Positions 1 to 13,769 of a stretch of DNA of 64,000 nucleotides are shown here, piece by piece. The DNA is taken from positions 13,516,001 through 13,580,000 of the forward strand of contig CM059449.1 in assembly GCA_030390025.1 (NCBI GenBank), given 5' to 3'. A program made the position numbers and the translations under genes. The stretch's first letter is position 1. Each line of letters begins with the position of its first letter. The DNA comes from Squalus acanthias. Lineage: Eukaryota. Under the pieces are notes generated by a model. That model was not told the origin of the DNA and made no database searches. It worked only from the letters and a program-made list of their open reading frames with translations.

Positions 1-700
1 GAAAGTGCCGGTTTCGCGCATGCACTGCGCATGCGCTGGAAACCGAACTTCCGTTCCCCTGAAGGAATGGGTTCAGAGGTCGAACGCGTGCGCCGGAGAG
101 GCAGCGCGCACGCAGCGAACTTCGGTTTTTTTTCAGGTTTCTCCGTGAGGGTAAGTACAGAGAAGCTGCGTGGGAAAAAAGGAGGCGCAAGGCCTGCTTT
201 TAACAAGGTTAGTGGTGAATTAAGTACAATTTAAACATTTTTTCAACAGGTTTATCTTTTTTACATACTTTAAAGAAAGGTAAGTTTATTTTTAGCACCG
301 TTAAAAAGTGTAATTAATTTTTTCAAAAATTTAAATTTTTGTTTAAAGTAGTTAATTTATGTAATTTATACTTATTTTAAAAATGTGATGTTTTTTTAAT
401 TTATTTGAAGTTTTAGTGAGGTTTTGGAGCCGATCTCTCTTCATAGATTTGACAGGTCTTCCTGTCAAAATCTATGAATGAAGATTCCCTGCTCCGATTG
501 GCTCTCCATGGCCTACGTGATCCCAGGAGACGCTTCGAACTAACTGCGCCCCTGGGATACGCAAGCACTGCGCGCTGGCAGCTGCAGGAGGCCCAGGAGC
601 CGAATTCCACGTGGGCCCGAAGCACAACGGCAGGTGCGGTATGTAACTACGCGCGCGATTCTTGCACCCGCGGGAAGCCGGAGAGCCGAATTTCTGGCCC
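1..700 (+). mobile_element. Harbinger-type MITE (5' end outside window)
   Basis: Ends with GAGCCGAATTTCTGGCCC followed by ATT; colinear with the copy at 19250-19991. Confidence 0.8.
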
Positions 701-750
701 ATTATTTATTATTTTCCGTGTCCTCATTTTGCCATAACACCATAGACCAC

Positions 751-925
751 GGGAGATTCAAAAGGTGAGCGAGAGCAGCTGGAGAGCGCGAGACCTCGGG
801 AGATTCAAAAGGTGAGTGAGAGCGGCTGGAGAGCGCGAGACCTCGGGAGATTCAAAAGGTGAGCGAGAGCGGCTGGAGAGTGCGAGACCTCGGCGGCTGA
901 TTTAAAAGGTGAGCGAGAGCGGCTA
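751..925 (+). repeat. 47-bp tandem repeat in the CR1 5' UTR (about 3.6 units)
   Basis: GGGAGATTCAAAAGGTGAGCGAGAGCGGCTGGAGAGCGCGAGACCTC-like units start at 751, 798 and 845. Confidence 0.9.
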
Positions 926-1837
926 CAACGGACCGGTGAGTGTAAAGAAGGACTGTAAAAGGTAATCGAAGTGTGACATCACAGAAAGCAGGTAAGTGAT
1001 TGGTTGGTGAGTATTTCTCTATTTCTCGCTTTTTTCCAAACTTGGGCGTCTATATTTAAGTGCCTTGCTGTAGATTAAAAGATATACGTGTTCCAAATTT
1101 TATAACTAATTAATTAATTAACTGAGATGGGAGACCAGGCAATGTGTTGTTGTTGTTGCATGTGGGAGCTGGTGGACACCATTGAGGTCCAAGGCGACCA
1201 CATCTGCAGCAAATGTTGGCTGCTGGAGGAACTTCGGCTCAGAGTTGATGAGCTGGAGTCTGAGCTTCAGATACTGCGACACATTAGGGAGGAGGAGCGT
1301 TACTTGGACACTAAGTTCCAGGAGGCAGTCACACCCACTAGAGTAATTACTTCCAATTTGGCCCATGGTCAGGGACAGGAGGGTGTGACTACAAGCGAGG
1401 CAGGTATTGGGATCCAGGAGGTAGTGATGGAGGAGCCCAAGGCCTTGTCTAACAGGTCCGAGATTCTTCTTCTCTGTGTGGATGAGGGCAGGGACTGCAG
1501 GGAGGATGAGCAATCTGACCACAGCACCGTGGTACAGGGAGCCATTCAAGTGGGGGAGTAAAAAGAAATGTTGTAGTGAGAGGGGACAGTATGGTTAGGG
1601 GGATAGATACTGTTCTCTGCAGCCGAGAGCGTGAGTCCGGAAGGCTGTGCTGCCTGCCCAGTGCCAGGGTTAAGGACATCTCCTCTGGGCTGGAGAGAAA
1701 CTTGGAGTGGGAGGGGGAAGATCCAGTTGTCATGGTCCACGTAGGTACCAATGACATAGGTAGGACATAGAATGAGGTTCTGCTGAGAGAGTATGAGCAG
1801 CTAGGGGCTAAATTAAAAAGCAGAACCACAAAGGTAA

Positions 1838-2604
1838 ATATTATTTAAATGGAGTGAGACTATAAAATGCTGCAGTACAAAGGGCTCTGGGGGTCCTAGT
1901 ACATGAAACACAAAAACTTAGCATGCAGGTACAGCAAGTAATTAGGAAGGCTAATGGAATGTTGGACTTTATTGCAAGGGGTATGGAGTATAAAAGTAGG
2001 GAAGTTTTGATGCTACTTTACAGGGCGCTGGTGAGACCATACCTGGAGTACTGCCTACAGTTGTGGTCTCCATATTTAAGGAAGGGTATACTTGCATTGG
2101 AGCCAGTGCAGAGAAGGTTCACTAGGTTAATTCCTGGGATGAAGTGGTTGATGTATGATGAAAGGTTGAGCAGGTTGGGCCTATACTCATTGGAGTTTAG
2201 AAGAATGAGAGGTGATCTTATTGAAACATATAAGATTCTGAGGGTGATTGACAGGGTGGATGCAGAGAGGATGTTTCCCCTAGTGGGGGAATCTAGAGCT
2301 AGGGGGCATAGTTTCAGAATAAGGGGTCGCCCATTTAAGACGGAGGTGAGAAGGAATTTCTTTGAGGGTTGTGAATCTTTGGAATTCTCTACCCCGGAGA
2401 GCTGCGGAGGCGGAGTCATTGAATATATTCAAGGCGGAGATTGACAGACATTTGAACTACAAGGTAGTCAAGGGGTATGGGGAGAGAGCGGGAAAGTGGT
2501 GTTGAGGCCAAGATTGGATCAGCCATGATCTTATTGAATGGCGGAGCAGGCTCGAGGGGCCGATTGGCCTACTCCTGCTCCTGTTTTCCTGTTTCTTATG
2601 TTCT
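1838..2604 (+). mobile_element. 5'-truncated CR1 nested inside ORF1 of the 740-5914 element
   Basis: ORF2 C-terminus plus tail interrupts the esterase between ..TTKV and ISGLLP. Confidence 0.88.
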
Positions 2605-5600
2605 TAATCTCTGGATTACTACCTGAGCCATGAGTGAATTTGCATAGGGTAAGTAAGATCGGAGAATTGAACGAGTGGCTCAAAGACTGGTGTGGGAGAA
2701 ATGGGTTTCGATTTGTGGGGCACTGGCACCAGTACTGGGATAAGAGGGAGCTGTTCCGTTTGGACGGGCTTCACTTGAACCATGCTGGGGCTAGAGACCT
2801 GGCGAATCGAATAACTAGGGCTGTAGAGAGGGCTTTAAACTAAATAGTGGGGCGGGAGGGTCCAGGTGAGCGGGAATTTAAAAAGGAAATGAAAAAGCAA
2901 TAGAGCAGGATAGAGATGGGGGAAATAATAACCAGAGTGTGACAGGAAGGAACAGATGGTTTAAAAATAAGAGTGCAACAGAAAATGGGGCCAAAACAAG
3001 GAGAAATGGTAAAAAGACAAGGTTAAAAGCTCTATATCTGAATGCACGCAGCATTTGTAACAAGATAGATGAGTTGACGGCACAAATAGATACAAATGGG
3101 TATGATCTGATCGCCATTACAGAGACGTGGTTGCAAGGTGACCTGGGCTGGGAACTGAATATTCCAGGGTATTTGACAATTCGGAAGGATAGACAGAAAT
3201 GAAGGGAGGTGGAGTGGCTTTGTTGGTAAAGGATGGGATCAGTGCAGTGGTGAGAAGTGATATTGGCTCAGAAGATCAAGATGTAGAATTGGTTTGGGTG
3301 GAGATAAAAAATAATAAGGGGAAAATGTCTCTGGTGGGAATAGTCAACAGGCCCCCGAACATTAGCAATACTGTTGGACAGAGTATAAATCAACAAATAA
3401 TGGAGGCCTGTAAAAAAGGTGCGGTAATAATCATGGTGATTTTAATCTCCATATTAATTGGACAAATCAAATTGGCCATGGTAGCCTTGAGGACCAGTTC
3501 ATAGAGTGCATCCGGGATGGTTTCCTAGAACAGTACGTAATGGAACCAACCAGGGAGCAGGCTATCTTGGATCTGGTACTGTGTAATGAGACAGAATTAA
3601 TAAATGATCTCATAGTAAAGGAACCTCTAGGAAAGAGTGATCATAGCATGGTTGAATTTCAGATTCAGTTGGAGAGTGAGAAAGTTGTATCGCAAACCAA
3701 TGTCCTGATCTTAAACAAAGGCAATTACAATGGCATGAGGGCAGAACTGGCTAAAGTGGACTGGAAGAATAAATTAAAGAGTAAGACAGTTGAAATGCAG
3801 TGGCGGACATTTAAGGAGATATTTCATAACTCTCAACAAAAATATATTCCAGTGAGAAAGAAAGATTTTAAGAGAAGGGAGCACCATCCATGGCTAACTA
3901 AGGAAGTAAAGGATGGTATCAAATTGAAAACGAAGACATACAATGTTGCCAAGATTGGTGGGAGACCAGAGGATTGGGACATTTTTAAAAACCAGCAAAG
4001 GATGACTAAAAAAATAATAGAGAGAAGATGAATTATGAGAGTAAACTGGCAAGAAATATTAAATTAGATAGTAAGAGCTTCTACAGGTATATAAAAAGGA
4101 AGAGAGCAGCTAAAGTAAACGTTGGTCCCTTAGAGGATGAGACTGGGGAATTAATAATGGGGAAATGGAAGAGACTCTGAACAAATATTTTGTATCTGTC
4201 TTCACAGTAGAAGACACTAACAACATCCCAATAATGGATAATGAAGGGGCCACAGGGAGTGGGGAACTAAAGACAATCACTATCACGAAGGAAATAGTAC
4301 TCGATAAAATAATGGGACTAAAAGACGACAAGTCCCCTGGACCAGATGGCCTGCATCCAGGGTCTTAAAAGACGTGGCTGCAGAGATAGTGGATGCATTG
4401 GTTGCAATATACCAAAATTCCCTGGACTCTGGAGAGGTCCCAGCGGATTGGAAAACCGCTAATGTAACACCCCTATTTAAGAAAGGAGGGAGACAGAAAG
4501 CAGGAAACTATAGACCAGTTAGCCTAACATCTGTCATTGGGAAAATGCTGGAGTCCTTCATTAAGGAAGCAGTAGCAGGGCATTTGGAAAATCATAATGC
4601 AGTCAAGCAGAGTCAGCATGGTTTTATGAAAGGGAAATCATGTTTAACAAATTTGCTGGCATTCTTTTGAGGATGTAACGAGCAGGGTGAACAAGGGTGA
4701 GCCAGTGGATGTGGTGTATTTGGATTTCCAGAAGGCATTCGATAAGGTGCCACATAAAAGGTTACTGCATAAGATAAGAGCACACGGAATTGGGGGTAAT
4801 ATATTAGCATGGATAGAGAATTGGCTAACTAACAGAAAGCAGAGAGTCGGGATAAATGGGTCATTTTCCGGTTGGCAAGCGGTAACTAGTGGGGTGCCAC
4901 AGGGATCGGTGCTGGGGCCTCAACTATTTACAATCTACATTAATGACTTGGATGAAGGGACTGAGTGTAATGTAGCCAACTTTGCGAATGATACAAAGAT
5001 AGGTGGGAAAGCAAGTTGTGCAGAGGACTCAAAGAATCTGCAAAGGGATATAGACAGGCTAAGTGAGTGGGCAAATATTTGGCAGATGGAGTATAATGTG
5101 GGAAAGTGCGAGGTTATCCACTTTGGCAGGAAAATTAAAAAAGCAAATTATTATTTTAATGGAGAGAGATTACAAAATGCTACAGTTCAGAGGGACCTGG
5201 GGGTCCTTGTGCATGAAACATAAAAAGTTAGCATGCAGGTACAGCAAGTAATCAAAAAAGGCAAATGGAATGTTGGCCTTTATTTCAAGGGGGTTGGAGT
5301 ATAAAAGCAGGGAAGTCCTGCTACAACTGTACAGGGTATTGGTGAGACCACACCTTGAGTACTGCGTACAGTTTTGGTCTCCTTATTTAAGGAAGGATAT
5401 ACTTGCATTGGAGGCAGTTCAGAGACGATTCACTAGGTTAATTCCGGAGATGAGGGGGTTGACTTATGAGGAAAGGTTGAGCAGGCTGGGCCTATACTCA
5501 TTGGAATTTAGAAGAATGAGAGGTGATCTTATTGAAACATATAAGAAACTGAGGGGGCACAACAAGGTAGATGCAGAGAGGATGTTTCCCGTCGTGGGGC

Positions 5601-6257
5601 AATCTAGAACTCGGGGGCATAGTTTCAGAATAAAGGGTTGCCCTTTTAGAACTGAGATGAGGAGGAATTTCTTCTCTCAGAGGGTCGTAAATCTGTGGAA
5701 TTCTCTGCCCCAGAGAGCCGTGGAGGCTGGGTCATTAAATACATTTAAGGTGGAGATAGACAGATTTTTGCAAGATAAGGGAGTGAAGGCTTATGGGGAG
5801 CGGGCAGGGAAGTGGCTTTGAGCCCAAGATCAGCCATGATCTTATTGAATGGTGGAGCAGGCTTGAGGGGCCAAGTGGCCTATTCCTGCTCCTATTTCTT
5901 ATGTTCTTATGTTTACGGCACGGACGGCGCCTCTTCGACTCATCGTAGATTTTCAACCTCCCGCCCCAGGCGTAAAATTGGATTTGCAGATCGGCTGCCC
6001 GTATAAAACCGCCCGACTTTAATTTCTTTTGGAATATTCACAGTACGTAATAAACAAGGGGATTTTTTTTTTAAAGAAAGCAAAACCAATTGAAATTAGG
6101 TCAATGGACATTGTGCAAGTCCCTTTTTACTAATGGCATCCTGTTTTTTCAGCAGAGTGTGACTTTGATGATTCTTGGAAATAAGTAGTCACTGTGAAAT
6201 TTCATGGCACTCTTAACACCCGCCGAGGCAACTGTGGTGCTTTGCTTTTAGATTGCA

Positions 6258-6817
6258 CAACACCTGGCGTACTGTGCACAGTTTTGGTCTCCTTATCTGA
6301 GGAAGGACATACTTGCCTTAGAGGCGGTGCAACGAAGGTTCACTAGACTGATCCCTGGGATGAGAGGGTTGTCCTATGATGAGAGATTTAGTAGATTGGG
6401 CCTATACTCTCTGGAGTTTAGAAGAATGAGAGGTGATCTCATTGAAACATACAAGATTTCTGAGGGGGATTGACAGGATAAATGCTGAGAAATTGTTTCC
6501 CCTGGTTGGAGAGTCTAGAACTAGGGGGCATAGTCTCAGGATAAGAGGTCGGCCATTTAGGACTGAGATGTAGAGGGATTTCTTCACTGAGGGTTGTGAA
6601 TCTTTGGAATTCTCTGCCCCAGAGGGCTGTGAATGCTGAGTCTTTGAGTATATTCAAGGCTGAGACAGATAGATTTTTGGACTCTAGGGGAATCAAGGGA
6701 TATGGGGATCGGGCGGGAAAGTGGAGTTGAGGTCGAAGATCAGCCATAATCTTATTGAATGGTGGAGCAGGCTTGACGGGCCATATGGCCTACTCCTGCT
6801 CCTAATTCTTATGTTCA
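6258..6817 (+). mobile_element. CR1 3' fragment
   Basis: YCAQFWSP..LGLYSLEFRRMRGDLIE plus tail. Confidence 0.85.
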
Positions 6818-7554
6818 TGGTATCCACAGGAAATGATTAAACCCTTCTTTTCTTCAATGTTAATCGTCCAGTGATCTTACCTTGGGGCGCAAATAAGAGG
6901 AATTTGGAACTGGGGTCTAAAAAATAGATAACTCACATGCTGATTAACAGAAAAGTATTTTATTTAAAGATAATTAATTGATCTCCCATAGCATTAGTCA
7001 TTCAACAAATATAGCAAAAATAAATCTCCCTGCTACTGTCAATTGATTCTTTCCTGCTCTCTGATTGTTTCTGGTTCTCCTTGTTCTTTATCGTCCACTA
7101 GTTCTCTCTGTAAGGAATTCACATAATTGTCTATCACTGTCGTGGCTCCAACTCTCAGTTTTCAACTTTCTGACGCATTCTTACTCCCCCGTTTTTTATC
7201 ATAACTTTGTCTCTTTATGTCAGCCCCGGAGTAGAATTCTGTCTTCATTGCTTGAGCTATGACGGAGTGGATCACCCGCTGTTTATAGGCCCCCCATCCT
7301 CTCTTCATTCTGCCAGATGGTGGGGACGAAAATATATTTCAGCATTTATACCATGTTTTAAAAATGAACAGATTTGGTCATGGTGAACAGGGGGAAAGGT
7401 GGGATTGAGTGGGGAGAGAAGCCACTCTGAAGTTTCTGTAAGGTGCCTGCTTGTGAAGACAAAGGCCCAGATTTGGCGGTGGGTATGGGGGCGCACTCTG
7501 AGTACACCGTCATACCGCCTTTGAAATTCACAACAAGTTTGGGATTTCCACAAA

Positions 7555-9760
7555 CATAAGAACAGAAGAAATAGAAACAGGAGTTGGCCATTCGGCCCCT
7601 CGAGCCTGCTCCACCATTCAATGAGATCATGGCTGATCTTCTACCTCATCTCCACTTTCCTGCACTATCCCCATATCCCTTAATATTCAAAAATCTATCG
7701 ATCTCTGTCTGGAATATATTCAACGACTGAGCCTCCACAGCCCTCTGGGGTAGAGAATTCCAAAGATTCACCACCCTCTGAGTGAAGAAATTTCTCCTCA
7801 TCTCAGTCCTAAATGGCCAACCCCTTATTCTGAAACTGTGACCCCTGGTTCTAGACTCCCCAGCCAGGGGAAACATCCTCCCTGCATCTACCCTGTCAAG
7901 CCCTGTAAGCTTTTTATGTTTCAATGAGATCACCTCTCATTCTTCTATAATCCAGAGAATATAGGCCTAGTCTACTCAATCTCTCGTCATAGGAAATCCC
8001 CCCATCCCAGGAATCATTCTGGTGAACCTTCGTTGCACTCCCTCTATGGCAAATATATCCTTCCTTGGGTAAGGAGACAAAAACTGTACACAATACTCAA
8101 GGTGTGGTCTCACCAGGAACCTGTATAATTGCAGTAAGAAATCTTTACTCTTATACTCAAATCCTCTTGTAATAAAGGCCAACATACCATTTGCTTTCTT
8201 AATTGCTTGCTGTACCTGCATGTTAACTTTCAGTGATTCTTGTACAAGGACACCCAGGTCCCTCTGAACACCAACATTTCCCAATCTCTCACCATTTACA
8301 ACATACGCTGCTTTTCTATGTTTCCTACCAAAGTGGATAACTTCACATTTCTCCACATTATATTCGATTTGCTGTGTTCTTGCCCACTCACTTAGCCTTC
8401 CTATATCCCCTTGAAGCTTCTTTGCATCCACCTCACAGCTTACATTCCCACCTAGCTTTGTATCATCAGCAAACTTGGATATATTACATTTAGTCCCCTC
8501 ATACAAATCATTGATGTAGATTGTGAATAGCTGAGGCCCAAGCACTAATCCTTGTGGTACCCCACTGGTTACAGGCTGCCAACCTGAAAATGACCTGTTT
8601 ATTCCTACTCTCTGTTTTCTGTCCATTAACCAATCCTCAATCCATGCTAGTATATTACCCCCAATTCCATGAGCCCTAATTTTGTTTAATAACCTCTTGT
8701 GTGGCGTCTTATCGAATGCCTTCTGAAAATCCAAATACACCACATCCACTGGTTTCCCCCTTATCTATTCTGCTAGTTACAAGCTCAAAAAATTCTAACA
8801 GATTTGTCAAACATGATTTCCCTTTCATAAATCCGTGTTGACTCTGCCCAATCCTATTATTATTTTCTAAGTGCCCTGTTACCATGTCCTTAATAGATTC
8901 TAGCATTTTCTCTACTACTAATGTCAGACTAACTGGTCTGTAGTTCCCTGTTTTCTCTCTCCCTCCTTTCTTAAAGAGTGGGGTTACATTTGCTACCTTC
9001 CAATCCAAGGGAACTGCTCTAGATTCAAAGGAATGTTGGAAGATGACAACCAATACATCCACTATCTCTGTAGCCACCTCTTTCAAAACCCTAGGTTGTA
9101 GGCCATCAGGTCCAGGCAATTTATCGGCTTTCAGTCCCATTACTTTCTATAGTACTATTTTTTTTTTACTAATTTCTTTCAGTTCCTCATTCTTGCTAGA
9201 CCCTTGGTTCTCCACTATTTCCGGGAGGTTTTTTGCATCTTCTTCCATGAAGACAGACACAAAGTATTTGTTTAATTTCTTTCCCATTTCCTTATTGCTC
9301 ATTATAATTTCTCCTGTCTCAGCCTGTAAGGGACCCACATTTACTTTCGCTAATCTTTGCATTTTTACATACCTATAGAAGCTTTTACAATCTGTTTTTA
9401 TGTCTCTCGCTAGTTTACTCTCATTCTATTTTCCTTTTCTTTATCAATTTCTTGATCCTCCTTTGCTGAATTCTAAAATCCTCCCAGTCCTCAGGCTTAC
9501 TGCACTTTTTGGCAGCATTATAAGCCTCTTCCTTTGATCTAATACTATCTTTAACTTCCCCTGTTAGCTGCGGTTGGACCACTTTTCCTGTGGGGTTTTT
9601 GTGCCTTAAAGGAATGTATATTTGTTGTAAATTATGAATTAATTCTTTAAATGCTAGCCATTGCTCGTCTACCATCATGTAGTTTAATGTAGTTTCCCGA
9701 TCTACCTTAGCTAACTCGCCCCTCATACCTACCTAGTTTGCTTTGTGTAGATTTAGGACT
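7555..9760 (-). mobile_element. CR1 fragment (RT to 3' tail)
   Basis: Minus-strand ORFs 7646-9726 with RT motifs. Confidence 0.9.
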
Positions 9761-9764
9761 ATGC

Positions 9765-10365
9765 ACTAAATCCCGAACTTGCGGTCTGTCAACTTACACG
9801 TTGACAGGCCATCCGCACGGCCAAAAGAAAAGCAATTTCTGGTGCAGATTTGGGCTATTTGCCCACCAACTGCCCAGCAATTGTGGATGGAAATGTTACG
9901 GTTGATGCAACCAGGTGCAGGGCCTGTTTGCACCAGCATAAGGCATGTTTTAAACATTTTCATCTCGGAAATCATATAGTTTAACTGTATCGAATGTGTT
10001 TTTCTTGTTCCTGCAAATATTAGAGTTTTGATGATGTCAATAAAATTATCAGAAAAATTAATTTTTTAGTGAAGTTGATGGAACGAAGCTAATTAGGAAT
10101 TAAATACCAATCCTGCAAATTATAATTATATCTGATTACGGGATTCCATTAAATCTGATTACGGGATTCCCTTCTGAAATGAAGTAAAATCAAATTCTGT
10201 TTTCTGATTGGAGGACCAGGCCCACGTGATCCCCGGTACACTTCTGCAGAGGCTGCGTCACTAGTATCCATGGGCCATTATGCAGCCCTCCTACTCGCAG
10301 CATCAGACCGCAAGTTTTCGCAGGAGGATTGCCATCAGGTAGGTGCGTATTCTTTCCGCAGGTCA
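9765..10365 (+). mobile_element. Diverged Harbinger-type MITE copy
   Basis: Shares the ctgtcaa..ttgacag hairpin, ACCAGCATAAG and GGCCCACGTGATCCC with the other copies. Confidence 0.55.
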
Positions 10366-10399
10366 CCTGCGTACTCCATACTCTGTACTCACTTGTGTT

Positions 10400-12435
10400 C
10401 CCACCAAACTGCTGACCACCCAACTTCCTTTTCTGGCTCCCATGTTAACTGACATTGTTAACGGTTCTCTCTCCTCAGGTACTGTCCCTCTCTCCCTCAA
10501 ATCTGCCGTCATCACCCCTCTCCTCAAAAAACTAACCCTTGATCTCTCCGTCCTTGCAAACTACCACCCCATCTCCAACACGGTGGCATAGTGGTTAGCA
10601 CTGGTGCCTCACAGCGCCAGGGACCCGGGTTCGAATCTGACCTCGGGTGACTGTCTGTGTGGAGTTTGCACATTCTCCCCGTGTCTGCGTGGGTTTCCTC
10701 CGGGTGCTCTGGTTTCCTCCCACAGTCCAAAAATGTGTGGGTTAGGTTGATTTGGCTATGATAAATTGACCCTTAGTGTTAGGGGGGCATTAAATATGTG
10801 GGGTTATGTGGATAGGATGGGATATATTAGGGGGAATTAAATACGTGGGGTTACGGGGGTAGGGTGGGATATGTGTACTGTGGGGATTAAAGCAGGGACA
10901 GGGTACTGGATTTGGATGATCAGCCATGATCGTATTGAATGGTGGAGCAGGCTCGACGGGCCGAATGGCCTACTCCTGCTCCTAGATTCTATGTTTCTAT
11001 GTTTATGTTTCTCCCTTTCCTCTCCAAAGTCCTTGAACGTGTTGTCGCCTCCCAAATCCGTGCCCATCTTTTCCGCAATTCCATGTTTGAATCCCCCCCA
11101 ATCAGGTTTCCGCCCTTGCCATAGTACCGAAACGGCTCTCATCAAAGGCACAAATGACCCCCTTTGTGGCTGTGACAAAGGTAAACTATCCCTCCTCGTT
11201 CTACTTGACTTGTCTGCAGCCTTTGACATGGTTGACCACTCCATCCTCCCCAACGCCTCTCCACTGTCGTCCAGCTGGGTGGGACTGTACTCGCCTGGTT
11301 CCATTCTTATCTATCTAATCGTAGTCCGAGAATCACCTGCAACTGCTTTTCTTCCCACTCCCACATCATTACCTCTGGTGTCCCCCAAGGATCTATCCTT
11401 GGCCCCCTCCTATTTTTCATCTACATGTTGCCCCTTGGCGACACCACCCGAAAACACAGCATTAGTTTCCACATGTACGCTGACAACACCCAGCTCTACC
11501 TCACAACCTCTTCTCTCGATCCCTCCACGGTCTCTACATTGTCAGACTGCTTGTCCGACATCCAGTTCTGGATGAGCAGAAATTTTCACCAATTAAATAT
11601 TGGGAAGACCGATGCCAGTTTTTTCGGTCCCCGCCACAAACTCCGTTCCCTAGCCATCGACTCCATCCCTCTCCCTGATATCTGTCTGAGGCTGAACCAC
11701 ACAGTTCGCAACCTTGGTGTCATATTTGACCCTGAAATGAGCTTCCGACCACATATCCACATAACAAAGACCGCCTATTCCCACCTCCGCAACATCGCCC
11801 GTCTCCGCCCCTGCCTCAGCTCATCCGCTGCTGAAACCCTCATCCATGCCTTTGTTACCTCTAGACTTGACTATTCCAACGCTCTCCTGGCCGGCCTCCC
11901 ACGTTCTACCCTACGTAAACCTGAGGTCATCCAAAACTCGGCTGCCCGTGTCCTAACTCGTACCAAGTCCCGTTTGCCCATTTCCCCTGTGCTCGCTGAC
12001 CTACATTGGCTCCCGATTAAGCAGCGCCTCGATTTCAAAATTCTCATCTTTGTTTTCATATCCCTCTATGGCCTCGCCCCTCCCTATCTCTGTAATCTCC
12101 TCAGCCCCACAACCCCCTGAGATATCTGCGCTCCTCTAATTCTGCCCTCTTGAGCATCCCTGATTTTAATCGCTCCACCATTGACGGCCGTGCCTTCTGT
12201 TGCCTAGGGCCTAAGCTCTAGAATTTCCTGCCTAAACCTCTCCACCTAGCTACCTCTCTTGCCACTCCTTTAAGACGCTCCTTAAAACCCACCTCTTTGA
12301 CCAAGTTTTTGGTCACCTGCCCTAGTTTCTCCTCATGGCTCGGTGTTAAATTTTTTGTCTTATAATATTCCTGTGAAGCGCCTTGAGACGTTTTACTACG
12401 TTAAAGGCACTATATAAATGCAAGTTGTTGTTGTA
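10400..12435 (+). mobile_element. L2-clade LINE 3' part, interrupted by an HE1 SINE
   Basis: [35 protein letters not shown] and LHWLPIKQR motifs; (TTG)n tail. Confidence 0.88.
10578..11010 (+). mobile_element. HE1-type V-SINE
   Basis: tRNA-derived head (GGTGGCATAGTGGTTAGCAC..GGTTCGAATC), V-domain GTCTGTGTGGAGTTTGCAC..GGGTTTCCTCCGGGTGCTC, CR1-like tail. Confidence 0.85.
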
Positions 12436-12888
12436 GGTACGCCGTCGACCGCAATTTTTGGCACAAATACTGGGGCGTGCGGATGAACTGGAGCCGAAAG
12501 ATGGGAGCGAGTGCGGTGGGACCAGATCCTGATGCACAGTAGTCGGGGGTCTTGGGTTTGCCTTGGCGTGCAGTCGTGCCTCTGTTTGAAAGGTCGACTG
12601 TTGATGCCACAGTGGATGCTGAGCCATGACCTTTGTCTTGCGCTGGTACATCTGGGAACTACTGTAACCAGCTGAGTGGAGAGTGAAACTGCATGCTTTA
12701 GCGGGAATAGATGACCGTTTGCCCGGGGGAGGAAGCTGGGGTCGAGGCTGGGATGGACTCAAAGTCTAAGGCTGGAATGAAACAGTCCAGGGTGGGTCCG
12801 TGGCTTCAAACCGATGGGGAGAACTAGAATTGCATGCATTTTTGTTCCATAATGCTAGAGTGCATGATTTTGTTTTGCATGTGGTATT

Positions 12889-13612
12889 GGCCCGTAATTT
12901 CCGATTGGAGGCTTCCTGCGTGCGGATGCCTCCTATCGGGAAAAAAATCTACGCTCTTACCTGTGGGCTCCCGAGGTCCGGACACTTCCGATGCTGGGCC
13001 TCTCCACGGTCGAAATGCGCAGGGCCCACGTATCCCAGGGGCGCATGCGGTTCGCAAGCGTCCCTGGGATCACGTGGGCCAGGCCAGCCAATAGGAGAAT
13101 GGAATCCCCCTTCATACTTCTGACAGATAGACCCGTCATAGTATGAATGGAGATCATCCCAAAAACACATCAAAACATTAAATAAATTAAAAAATAACCA
13201 TCATGTTTTTAAAATGAGTTAAAATTACATTAAATTAAATATTTGAAACAAAAATTTAATTTTTTGAAAAAAATAATTAAAGTTTTTTACAGGGCTAAAA
13301 ATAAACTTACCTTTTTTAAAAGTATTTATAAATGAGTGGGGAAAAAATATATTTTTTACTTGTTTTAAACTCTTATGCTGGTAAAAACATGCCTTATGCC
13401 TGCTTTTACCAGGCGTAAGATTTTTAAGGGGTTTCAGCGGGTGGAGGTTCTGCAGAAAGCGGAACTCTCCACCCGCAGAGGCCCTTTTCCCCCAAGAGGA
13501 TTCTTGACAGATCGGAAATGCCGGTTTTCAGAGCATGCGCTTCACATGCCTGAAACCGGCATTTCCGGTGTCTCTACGGGTGTGTACACGTAGGCATCGG
13601 AAAATACGGGCT
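12889..13612 (-). mobile_element. Harbinger-type MITE, complete
   Basis: TIRs GGCCCGTAATTTCCGAT / ATCGGAAAATACGGGCT; TSD ATT on both sides. Confidence 0.85.
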
Positions 13613-13769
13613 ATTATTTTGGGCTTGTGTGCTTATAGATGAGCATTATTGTTGTCTTAGTAACAAACAATGGCCTCTGAGTGGAAGCAGTTGAAGTCAA
13701 TAGAAATAAAAATGGGGTGAGGTGTGAAATGGCCTGCTAATTCTCTATCACTCCTTTTACACTATAGAA

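Larger units (their letters stand above)
740..5914 (+). mobile_element. Near full-length CR1 (HER1-like) LINE, inactivated
   Basis: ORF1 has a Cys-rich/leucine-zipper region (1127-1561) and an SGNH esterase (VHVGTNDIG, DGLHL). ORF2 has an APE endonuclease (YLNARS, ITETWL, SDH) and RT ([32 protein letters not shown]) with stops and frameshifts. Ends in a (TTCTTATG)n tail. Confidence 0.93.

Noticed and set aside
751-925. CRISPR-like array
   Set aside because: Units are contiguous near-identical monomers without unique spacers, in eukaryotic LINE context.
10578-10650. tRNA gene (also 15190, 40675, 62690, 63493)
   Set aside because: These A/B boxes are SINE heads that continue into SINE bodies; no complete cloverleaf.
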